DNA of 63,526 nucleotides, filler included, from Dicyema japonicum (taxonomy: Eukaryota; Animalia; Dicyemida), in assembly GCA_011109175.1 (NCBI GenBank). It is 9 parts of 9 records of this genome, joined end to end, with 100 filler letters (N's around TTAATTAATTAA, not from the genome) between each part and the next. Parts side by side here need not be neighbours in the genome. Positions count along the whole stretch, not along the records: positions 48,869 to 54,863 come from RDEW01000169.1; positions 54,964 to 57,970 come from RDEW01000298.1; positions 58,071 to 60,742 come from RDEW01000144.1; positions 60,843 to 63,526 come from RDEW01000045.1; 5 more parts are not named here. One strand, given 5' to 3'. Position numbers and translations under genes: made by a program. This document shows, in pieces, positions 52,956-63,526 of the stretch (positions are counted from its first letter, which is position 1; each line of letters starts with the position of its first letter). The notes under the pieces were generated by a model. The model saw only the letters and a list, made by a program, of their open reading frames with translations, did not search any database and had not been told where the DNA came from.

Positions 52956-53407
52956 TTAGTCCAACACGTCCAATTTGTCAATCAAATACTGCACTATGTC
53001 ACTAACTCGCTCGATCCTCTCCGCGTCAACATCGGGAATTTCCACCTCTGATATTACTTATCGAACATTACGGAATTCTTCCTCCATTTGAATCATCACT
53101 TCCACCTGGTCTAAACTGTCTAGTCCTAAATCAGTTAAGATGTGGCAGTTTAGTCCCAACTGAACAAATAAGTTTTTCTTTATACCTTTTCTGGTTCTAT
53201 TTTGTCGAACATATAAAGAACAAATAGAACACGGTCTTCAATCAGTTTCCTACTTAGGGGTTGTGCAAAGGCCAATGTTCGAATTTGAGTTTGTTCAACT
53301 ATTCTCTTCAAAGACTTGTGGTTGTGAAATTGTGGTTTGAAATGTAAATTTCTCCCAATTTTGGAACACATAAATAAAGTTTCCACAACAAACTTCGTTC
53401 GATACAT
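52956..53407 (-). CDS. NDUFAB1: Mitochondrial acyl carrier protein (complex I subunit SDAP)
   Basis: Basic presequence, then [19 protein letters not shown]|[30 protein letters not shown]|[29 protein letters not shown]; phosphopantetheine motif LGLDSLD; introns 53185-60 (26 nt) and 53071-48 (24 nt). Confidence 0.95.
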
Positions 53408-53584
53408 TTAATTAGTATTACAAACCAAATTATTATGAAGAAATTAAGTTTAAATTTTCAAATTGTGTCAGGCAATATTATCACAGTTAAAAATGACCAA
53501 GTACCCGGCACACTTCATTTTGCAATATAATTAATAAACTCAAAAAAGTTAGGAAAAAAAACCATTTATGTTCGGAGAGAATTA

Positions 53585-53990
53585 CTTGAATGTTGCCGCA
53601 AAGAATGCCAATTGAAATTCTTTTCCAGTGCCATGATGATTCCTGTGACTTACTTCTATGGAAAGAAACTTTTTCCCGATGTCATAGATAAGGCCGTGGT
53701 TAGATTTCCCGTGGATACGGTCGACGAGATAATGTTTTGACCCGAGAACGTGTCCATGCAAGTAGCGTCCCACACGAGTGACGGCCTTTACGGAATGGGT
53801 AGATTGTCATTCCGTCCGGTCTCTTATCACCACCCCGGTTTCAGACCAGCTGGTTCGAGGATCGAAGGGAAACCCGTTAGCCTGGGCTGATCAGAACATA
53901 ACATCGTTCAGAGCTACGTGCCGGGAAAAGAGGTACAATTTCTTTCTCGTCTACCGTGGTCCAGCAGCGGCTTGAATGCGTTATGCATTA
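53585..53990 (-). mobile_element. CRE-like RLE endonuclease fragment
   Basis: RH.ALNDV, EP.GL, KRPDGMTIYPFRKG..LVWDATC.DT. Confidence 0.75.
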
Positions 53991-54329
53991 ATTCAATCTG
54001 AGCCGAGTTGAGGATCCCAACCGAGATTCTCTGGAAATTCTCTTTTTTTCTCATCTGGAGACTTTTCAATGATAGTAGAGGTTTTTTTTCCACGAGATTG
54101 AAAATAACTTCTTCTGGCTAGTAAGTTTTCCAGTCATTATACAGTCGTGTCTCAAAAATTCGCTATAGTCAAGGTATCATTATTATTAATGCAATCTCGC
54201 AGAAATCAAAGAGTTAATTAAGATCCTCTTGGCATACGATTTCAGGATATGCCTGTTGAGTTTTCTTGATAGTTTAACTGACTTTTCCTGTCGCAATTTT
54301 AGCACTATGAATGGTATACTAATAATAAC

Positions 54330-54790
54330 CAGAAATAGTCGTTTCCACCCCCTGTTACGTGCGAGATATCTCAGATCGTCCAGATCGTCTGCCGATTTCA
54401 GTTTCCTTCCAATCGACTTGAGATCGTGGTCGAGCGTGGTCGGTAATGTTATTCTTTGTCGGCCCCGATATGTTGTTTTGTTGATAGGAAGTAAGATTCC
54501 ATGGCCTGATTGGCCGGCGTCATTTGCGAGGCTCTTAGGAATGTCCAAAGAGCATCCACTTCCCGGACATCACTTTTTTTGTGATCTCGGATGTGTGAGT
54601 GATTCTGTAGAGTTCCTCATTGGTCATCTTTTCGGCCAGCGAATACCCAGGAGTAGTCGTAGTTGTTTTCTGTGGAAGGAATTGAGCTTGTTCTAGTTCT
54701 TTAGCGGTTAGGCCCAGGTCCCCGCGTTGTAAAGCAAGATTGGTTCGACAAATGAGTTGTACAGCCGAATTCGAAGACGGGTTCCTATGT
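54330..54790 (-). mobile_element. RTE LINE C-terminal fragment
   Basis: RIRLYNSFVEPILLYNAGT, YRGRQRITLP..L..DL and DLDDLRYLARNR. Confidence 0.8.
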
Positions 54791-55149
54791 ACTTAAGTTT
54801 TCCAGTCATTATACAGTCGTGTCTCAAAAGTTCGCCTATAGTCAAGGTATCATTATTATTATTNNNNNNNNNNNNNNNNNNNNNNNNNNNNNNNNNNNNN
54901 NNNNNNNTTAATTAATTAANNNNNNNNNNNNNNNNNNNNNNNNNNNNNNNNNNNNNNNNNNNNTTGAAATAAGCTTCTGCGATAAATTTAGCTATATTGT
55001 CGAAATATTGCTGGTTAAACAATGCTTTTAAATTCAGGCAATTTAATTTATTTTAATTTTCGTATTATTTAAATTTACTTTTATATTTCAATATGTTTTT
55101 CAAAGCTTTTAAATTTATTATAACAAAAAATTTTTTTAACAATTAAACA

Positions 55150-55380
55150 AATGTTAGTTGAGGAAGCCTGCTGCGTGGATTGCGAACGAGTTCCCTCGGA
55201 GTATGGCTATTCCTATCTTTTGTCTTAGCCATAACCTTTCTCGTTGATCCCTTTTCTTTCTGGCAAGCAATCCTCCGAGTTCTTGCAAGAATTCAGCCGT
55301 AATTGGACCAACGGCTCCCGATGATTCGGTCGCAACAGGAGTAAATCGGTAGCCATCCCCGAGCCAAGAATATTTTTTAA
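55150..55380 (-). mobile_element. CRE-like RLE C-terminal remnant
   Basis: KYSWLGDGYRFTPVATESSGAVGP...FL.EL. Confidence 0.55.
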
Positions 55381-56099
55381 TTTATTATAATGAATTAATT
55401 TTTTTTTCTATTATTATCCAGACATTTTTTCATTCCAACTATGTTCCCAGGACTCAAAATTTAATAAGCCCATATTCGGTTTCATTAAAAATGAACTTGA
55501 ATGGGATCTGCTTTTGTTCTCCTATGATTCCTTCTCCCAGTTTTTGTAAAAGAAGCACAGAACCCCCACATTTAATAGCTGATTAATTAGCCAGAAGGTC
55601 AAGGTTGTGACGTACCCTTAAGCCCATATTCGGTTTCATTAAAAATGAACTTGAATGGAATCTGCTTTTGTTCTCCTATGATTCCTTCTCCCAGTTTTTG
55701 TAAAAGAAGCACAGAACCACCACATTTAACTAGCTGATTAATTAGCCAGAAGGTCAAGGTTGTGACGTACCCTATTGTAAGAAATGTCTGCTTAGCTTTA
55801 TGAAGGATGAAGACACTTGTCTGCCCAATTGCTATTTGGTGGAAGACGTGGATTATTCCTTAGAAGGGTTCCCACAATTGTGCTTCTAGATGAACTTATT
55901 TAGTTGGAAGTACTTGTCTTTTTCCGACCATTACAATGGGGACCATATGCATTTAGTTAGTCGACCTTCTCCCTCCCTACTGGATCATTTCTCGTGATTC
56001 ATAACAGATAACAGATAACATAATTTATTCGCAAAACCCCAACTAACTAAACAAGGTAAGAGTCATTAACTAAAGAGGAAAAACCAAGATTTGGGGTCG

Positions 56100-57590
56100 T
56101 CTATATCGGGGCACTCTCATGAGACACCGTATGTCTCTTCTCCGTAAAAAAGCCCCAATTACAATGCGAGTTTCCACAAGCAATGTAATAAATCACCGAT
56201 TCTTCTCGTTTTTCTTTCGTATTCGTCATCAATTTCAGATGCTAAATCCAATCCATGTGCGAGTTTAATTGATACCTTCTTGTCTTTTCTAATTTAGTTA
56301 GTAGGACTNAGACACCGTATGTCTCTTCTCCGTAAAGAGCTCCAATTACAATGCGAGTTTCCACAAGCAATGTAATAAATCACCGATTCTTCTTGTTTTT
56401 CTTTCGTATTCGTAATCAATTTCAGATGCTAAATCCAATCCATGTGCGAGTTTAATTGCATAATTTCGACTGAAGTTAAAATCTTTAACTCTCCAGACTT
56501 CATCCATTTTACAAGGCATTTTCCATCTTGATTGGTTGTTACACAACCATAGTCAGTATGTTTAGCGTTCATTTTATTCATTGATCGTGGGTAGTCTTGT
56601 ATTTAAAGAAGTTTTGTAGTAAATTGAAGTTCCTGTTACAGCACAAGAACCAGTATTCCCGATAATATCTAATGAGTCGTATCCATCAATTTTAAATGGT
56701 CTTTTCTTCAATTTAGTTTCGTTTATAATTAGAACATCCATCTCGATCGTGATAGCTAGAGCAACCAGCACTGAGGCCCGTTTCCGAAGAGAACGGGTAT
56801 TAATCAGGGTTATCCTGACTACTTCTGGTTTTTTTGTTGGCTGCCTTCTTTTTTTAAGAGCGCCACCAAATCTAGTAAAAATTTAGAATCCTTTTTTTTC
56901 TAGTCATATCTTTAATGCTTCTCTCCAACTTGTCAAGAATCTAGTTGGAAGCTACTACTTCTTCATTTTCAGACAAGATGTTTGAGTGAGTCTCGATAGT
57001 CTGTGTAGCAACTCCAAAAGTCACTTTTCTAACACGTGCTTCCACCTGGTCACTCTCATCAAGACTGCTTGTCTATGTTGAAGCTTCTACTGTTTCTTTT
57101 TTAAAAGGTTTCTTATTATATGTCGTATTCCAGCCAGTCTGCCCATACATTCTAAACTCTGACTTTAATTTCTTATTCGTTCCAATTTTGGAAAAACTTC
57201 ACTTTCTCCATTATGGGTATTTTCTTGTTTTAGAGAAAATTTTCCATTCGATTCTTTCTTTTTTGGTCAATTTTGTTTTTCTTCGCTATGTTAGCTTCAA
57301 CAGCCTTGGGGCATCCTCCATAATTTGCAAAGTGGCTGGATGAAACCACAATTCACACACGACTTATTATTGTTTGCAACCGGACACTGCGATCTTCTGT
57401 GTGTCCCAGAACAAACAAGGCATCGTTCAACATTTTTGCAAAAACGATAGTCTGATGCCCTGTTTTTCAAATCTTTCAACCGTAAATTTTTCCCCAATAT
57501 CGTTCCAAGGTATTCTTCCAAATAATTGGTTTTAATCCACGTCGGAAGACCTTCGAGCATAACTACTGTGGGTGGACCCTTAAGATAACT
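56100..57590 (-). mobile_element. LINE ORF1 (gag-like CCHC knuckles) plus start of ORF2 APE
   Basis: RCLVCSGTHRRSQC and SCVNCG; INTRSLRK...DVLIINETK....FKIDGY. Confidence 0.75.
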
Positions 57591-58070
57591 TAAGTCACTT
57601 CTTTTTAAGCTTTTTAACGCGACTCATGTGGACGATCTCGGTATGTCCCTCATTTGATTGAAGTGTCATTCGCTTGTTAGACAATATATCTACGAGTTTA
57701 CTTTTTCAATGTAGGGAAATTTAAATTTCCCTAACTTTAGCTAGGGAATTGTCCCATGGTCTTTTTTTACGCATACCTACGTTGTCAATGTAATTAACTA
57801 ACCTCATCTCCTTTCTTGAATGAGAATTTTGAGCAATGAACACCCATTTTTCTGTTCATTCTTTTGAAATAAGGGGAATTAAAATCTAATGGACAATGCA
57901 TAAAGTCAAATTCTATGAAATAATAAAAAAATTGATAACCTGCCTCTCCACTTGAATTAACGAATCTCTGNNNNNNNNNNNNNNNNNNNNNNNNNNNNNN
58001 NNNNNNNNNNNNNNTTAATTAATTAANNNNNNNNNNNNNNNNNNNNNNNNNNNNNNNNNNNNNNNNNNNN

Positions 58071-58690
58071 TGTCATGTTCTCCCGCGCAACGGAAACATT
58101 ACTTCTTTCCCGTGCACTGGTATGCAAAATGACCGACCTGCTGACAGTTGTAGCAGATTGGCGGTCCTCTTCTCTTCCACTCACAAGAGATCTTGTTTGT
58201 TCCGATAAAGAAGCCACAGCGTATTAGTGATGTGGCCTTTGGTTTACTGTTAATCAAGATCTTCGCCATTGGCATGGCTTACGATCCTCTGAACATTCGC
58301 GTGACCTGTGTGGCTGAGGAAGCCATCTCCTGGAGGTAATCCAAAAGGTCGTCTTTCTTCACCCAGAATAGAAGGTTCCTGAGGATAATCTCAGATGGTT
58401 TGGTTGAGATTGCCCTGAAGTGGTGGTTGTCACGACCAAAGGGATAGGTCTCATTTATGGTCTCCATGAAGGTGGCCATGTGTGAGTTGTCCATAAAATC
58501 TAGCCGGAAGGAGCCCGGTCCTCTGTGGCTCATCCTCAAAGATCTGTATTGGTCATAGTATCGTAAAACGTTTGCAATTTTTATCGCACTCATAGTAGAA
58601 TCCACTGTGATCAATAGAGCCCTGTTGTCAAGAGCATTAGGTTTCGTTAGTTCGTCCGTAACTTTGCACACTTCCGCGAAGTCGTGTTTC
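58071..58690 (-). mobile_element. Possible LINE ORF1 (gag-like) fragment
   Basis: Intronless; IILRNLLFWV...LLDYLQE parallels the ORF1 segment MLEGLPTWI...LEEYL at 57297-57560. Confidence 0.45.
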
Positions 58691-59730
58691 TTGGGATCAA
58701 TCGTGGGTATTGAATGTTCTTCCTTGTGTGGCGTGTTGTTATATAATGAGAATGACTTTAATTACACAAGGAATAACATGTTTTATGTAAATGGTTGACA
58801 NTTAGTCATAATATTGTAGAATATTCGTAATTTTTATCGTACTCATAGTAGAATGAACTGTGATCAATAGAGTCCTGTTGTCTATAGAATCAGCTTGAGA
58901 AAGAAAAAAAAAGACTATATATGACATACACCCGAGAAAAAGAAAAAAAGAAGTGAAAAGATTTCCTTGATTCTTCCTCGTCGATTAATAATTAATAACA
59001 GTTCTTTGCTTAAAATAAAGTGTGTGTTTCGCCTGAGAGGAACGATATCTGATATGGCTCCTCGAAATGCCCATTGTTTTTTTTAATGTTTTACCTCAAT
59101 GAGGTGACATTTAAAAAAGAATTCCTCCTTCCTTATCTTGTCAACAGGATGGATAGAAAGGTCCTACAACATGTAAATTACACGCTAAAATTTAAATTCA
59201 ATTAAAGACAATTTATTAAATAACAAAACAATAATATTTGGTGAAATGAATTTCATATAAAACTTAGTTTCGGTTTTGTTAGAGGGGATTTTGATGATGC
59301 CAATGACACAATGGTGTATATAGTTAAAGAGGTGTAGACTTTTCATATGTTAACGATTATAAAAGAATTCTTTCTCAAGATAAATAAAAAGTAATAGAAT
59401 TTATGTGCGGAAAACAAATGTTATAATTACGATATAAATCATAATATTTTTTAAACTGGAAAGATTTATTAAAAAAAATTTTAAATAGTTATAAAAAATT
59501 ATCCGTCAAACATAGAGCTCACTTCAATTGATACACAAGGCGTTCGACTCGGCTATACAGGGTTATCATCAAATATGAGATCTAATGTTGCCTCTCACTA
59601 TAGCAAAGGAACGAAGAAGCAATTCAAAAGTGTTTGTGAAAATCAAATATCCTTAAAGCATTAGATGGTGAATAGATCCGGTGATAAAAATTGTAGTCCA
59701 TTCATTTCAGTGTTTTCTTAGTTGTAATAT

Positions 59731-60320
59731 GTAAATTCATTTCATTTCAGTCAAACAATAGGACTGTTTAATTTGTAACGGTTATGTAAATTCCCTTCAG
59801 TCAGACAATAGGACTGTTTAATTTGTAACGGTTATGTAAATTCATTTCATTACACAATAAAATCGACTAAATTTGTCAACAAGGATTCCAAAAAATTTTG
59901 TCAAGAAATTAACATTGAACAAATTCACAAAAGACCAAATAATACTCGTACACATGGAATTACTGAGTTTTTCATATGGTTGTAAAATAATTTGATATTT
60001 GTCAGATTCTTGTCGTCTTGCTCTAACTTTACTTTTACTCAAATTTTATTTGTCTTGATTTTGGACAAACTCTACGATTTGAAAGAGTCAAACACACAAT
60101 TCAAATGTTGCCGATGGAAAAATGTCAAAAAAGGATATCGAAGGATAACACAACTATTTCATGATAACTTTTCTGAAAAAAAGTAAATTTCAAAGTAGCA
60201 ATAGAAAAAATTATGCATTAAGTATCGAACAAACAAATAGTGGAGAATTATCCATATTTATGGGTTAGCAAAATATATATATATTAGAAATTTTGATAAC
60301 TGACTTCAACACTACTTGAT
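59731..60320 (+). CDS. Putative multi-exon gene fragment of unknown function
   Basis: Candidate GT-AG introns 59731-61, 59786-811, 59982-60005, 60183-204 and 60264-87 can be chained in frame to give ...GITEFFIWLFLSSCSNFTFTQILFVLILDK...FKCCRW...; alternative frames are possible. Confidence 0.35.
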
Positions 60321-60842
60321 TATCCAATAATCCAATAATATATAGAAGAAAATATATTACAATATAACAGCTAAAATAAAATATAGAACAAATAAAGCGA
60401 CCACAACAACGAGTAAAACTACACACGAATAATGAATAATGTATCATTAGGTTCGCCACATTGTAAAACAATTTTTAAAAATAAATAAATTAATAAATTA
60501 ATCTATCTATAATTGAAGTATACTATAGTAACGGAGCGTATAAACATCGTTAAAAGTTGAGGTTCTGTTTCCCAAAGGAAATACCAGAAAAGTTAATGTA
60601 GATTATGAGATAGGCTGAGATGTCCTGGTAGTCTTCACGAAGAATTTTTTAATAACATTATGATTTTTGGCTTAATAATAAAAAATAGAGGAGACCACTC
60701 GGTATTTAAGTAAAGTTCGTCACTTATGCCTCTAGGTGTATTNNNNNNNNNNNNNNNNNNNNNNNNNNNNNNNNNNNNNNNNNNNNTTAATTAATTAANN
60801 NNNNNNNNNNNNNNNNNNNNNNNNNNNNNNNNNNNNNNNNNN

Positions 60843-63520
60843 TCGGACACAACCTCATTGATGTTCTGAAGAATATCCTCGACGTTTAAGATAGTGGATT
60901 CGACACTCTCCTCAACAACGTGCCGGCAAAAGGAGTGGGAATAGAAAAAAAGCGTACAGACCACCTTAAATTAGCCAAATTGGTGGACTTTGCAATTTAT
61001 ATCTTTTTGGGAGAAAAACACGTCCAGGACAAACTTGAAGAAAATACTCTCACTAAAAATAAGCTCAAATTGACCTTCCAGACCCAAACTCAGAATTTTC
61101 GATTGGTAATAAAACCAATATCCTCAGAAATATTTCAATTTCACAACTAGTGAACAATTCTTCGGCTTGAGCGATCTGGTTGATCAAAAATACTGAATAT
61201 TCTGACGTGGTGATTAAATGATTACAAAAATCAGTGGAGGATTCACAAAAAGAACAAATAATCTCAAAGTTAACGGCTGAAATACTTGTAGCGAGTAATA
61301 ACGGCAAGAAGGGAGTCTTAAAGAACAGAGAAGAGTCTGAAGAGTGTAGCCATCTTCATCTTCTAAGCAAAGAGATCCGACAGAAGAAACCAACTTGAGA
61401 ATTACAAAAAATTAAACCTTCATCTTCTCATTTGACTTTTTGGACCAATTTATGGAGCCGAAGAAAGCAACAGCAAAACTTTCATAGATTAGCATTTTAT
61501 GATCGTCGTTGATCCCTGAGTTGTAATTAACAGTGAACCATTCGATGTGATAAACAATGAAAAAATAGCCTTGCAGTTTTTTTCGTCGACTGGGGGAAAC
61601 CTACTGAACGAAAGAGACTGATCGAAGGTGATGGAATCAACAAGAAAGAAAAAACTTTTGAGAGCCTATAATTTACTTTTGAGAGTCAGACTTTTAAAAA
61701 ATTTCCGAAGACTGCATTACAGTCCTTCAAGTAATCAGTTTGGATGACTTGCCTCCCAATTCTTAAAATCGAGGTTCCTGAAGAACAAATCGCCCTAAAA
61801 ATCAATAAAGTCAGCATTCAACTTAAACGTGGATTCAAAAAATCTTAAGGATGACAAGGTGTCCATCATGGAAGCTGATCCATTTAAAACAAGAGCTATA
61901 GAATCGATTAACCGACTCTAAATCCGCTATCAAAGTAACCAACGTCGTTTATTTGCATGCGGATAAATCCCTCAGCAATGTCAAAGTAAAGGAATGGTAG
62001 ATTGAACTTTTCAAGAAAGACCACAAAGATGTCTTCATCTCTGGAATGAATAAACCAATAAACAAGGAATGCGTCGAAATAAAGGTCACCAGTCGCACTA
62101 GAGAGTTCATAGTGGAAAACAAGGAGTCCTCTGAGTCACTGGAATCCTTTAAAATCTGAAAAAATAATAGGCACACGGGAAAACCTGATTGAATATGTGA
62201 TGGACGATAGTCCTCAGAAAATTAAGAAATTCTGAATCTTTAATATACTTAATCGTCTTTTCTTGAGATCTTAAAAGATGGCCGACAATATCCTCGCATT
62301 TGGCCAACGACAAGTGATTCTTGTTTTTGAGATTAAAACGTTACAATTGAGAATAATTTTTTGACTATTGGCGGTATTGTTATTTTTGAAAACACAGCCT
62401 CCATTAATCTTGTCTTTAACTCCTTTTTGTGGACCTCCTAAAATGCTCGAAATAAACAACTCTTAGGTTTTTTGAATTCTTGCAGTTTATTTTGGTCTCT
62501 GACGTATTTAATAACTTTGTGCGTATTTCCTCAGTTCTTTGCAGCATTAAGGAATCTGTGAGACGGCTCGTAAATTCTGACGACCGTTTTAGATCCTCCG
62601 GGAGAACTATGATACATAATTTAAAGATACCATAAACCAGATCTTCAATAAATGGATGCTTCAAGAGGTCTGGCCAACCCAACCTTTCATTTGGGTTTTT
62701 TACAAGAAGACATTGTAGGAAATCACGGAAATTGTCGCTCATTCCATCTGGCCAGTTGACATCGTCCTTTGTAATCAATTGAACCAGTTGGAAAATGCTT
62801 GTTGTATAAAACGGAGGCTGTCCGCAGAACAGTTCATAGAGAATACATCCAAGAGCCCTTAAATAAATTTCAAGTCTACCATAAATCTGCTTTGTGGTCG
62901 TAAGGCTTTTCTTCGACTAGTTCTGGAGACATGTAAAGGGGAGTTCCCTGGGAGATATCGAAAGAAAATACCTTGATTGACGTTGACACGAAATTTTTAA
63001 CTCTCATAGATTTTGCAAAACCAAAGTCACAAAGTTTGGCATCCCCGTTTTTTGAAACAAGAATATTCTGAGGCTTCATGTCTCGATGGAGAATAGAGTT
63101 GGAATGAAGGTGAAATAAAGCAGAGACCATCTGAGCTGCAATGGGCCTCACCTAAAATAAGTAAGTCGTCACCAAAGTTTCAGGCAAGCTTCCATCGTCT
63201 TCGAGAACTTGAAAATGCTCCCCGTAAGCGAAATCAGTTACAGCGACAATCTAAAATAATCGGTTCCACAACCTCAGATTCAGTTTCGAAATTATCTAGC
63301 ATTTTCACAATGTAAGGATGTTTCAGATTTTGCATTATTTCAATTTCTTTTTTTATATTTTCCAATTCCCGCTGAGAACGGTTTAGTTTTGGAATAAACT
63401 TTACAGCGACAGTCTTAGCAATAATTACATTCCGACCTGTCTTGAATATCTTTTTCTGCCTTTGAAAACTTTGCCGAATGATCCTTCTCCTATTAATTGT
63501 AGTATATGATAATTTTCCAT
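60843..63520 (-). CDS. STK36: Serine/threonine kinase 36 (Fused); 3' end unresolved and probably beyond the spacer
   Basis: [28 protein letters not shown]|TVAVKFIPK...[10 protein letters not shown]...LCDFGFAK...TSIK|[23 protein letters not shown]|[15 protein letters not shown]...[12 protein letters not shown]. Introns 63436-14 (23 nt), 63272-51 (22), 63172-52 (21), 62971-48 (24), 62879-58 (22), 62630-07 (24), 62460-38 (23), 62344-20 (25), 62184-56 (29). Confidence 0.95.
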
Positions 63521-63526
63521 TTGTAA

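Noticed and set aside
60265-60471. Hydrophobic minus-strand ORF as a membrane protein
   Set aside because: It is a low-complexity antisense product of A-rich sequence with no ATG start or motif support.
10857-60842. Recurrent TTAATTAATTAA palindrome as a biological motif
   Set aside because: It is always centred in 44+44 Ns, so it is an assembly spacer; adjacency across these points is not trustworthy.

Overview
AT-rich eukaryotic nuclear DNA (standard genetic code), not prokaryotic. The window is a patchwork of contigs joined by eight artificial N44-TTAATTAATTAA-N44 spacers. Most of it is degenerate transposon debris: RTE, Jockey/I-like, CRE-like and R4/Dong-like non-LTR retroelements, hAT/Buster and IS630-Tc1. 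It also holds a ~4.35 kb 39/40-bp satellite. The host genes are mostly invisible in the ORF track because they are split by ultra-short (21-29 nt) GT-AG introns. Splicing them by hand gives: STK36/Fused kinase; mitochondrial acyl carrier protein NDUFAB1; two duplicated cathepsin-L-like genes that diverge mainly around the substrate cleft and each carry lesions; a secreted-type LRR protein resembling a glycoprotein-hormone-receptor ectodomain with no 7TM; a mucin-like type I membrane protein; and one to three unknown genes. Tiny introns at animal-like positions plus STK36 suggest a reduced parasitic metazoan. A dicyemid mesozoan is my best guess; myxozoan or orthonectid are alternatives. This is inference only.
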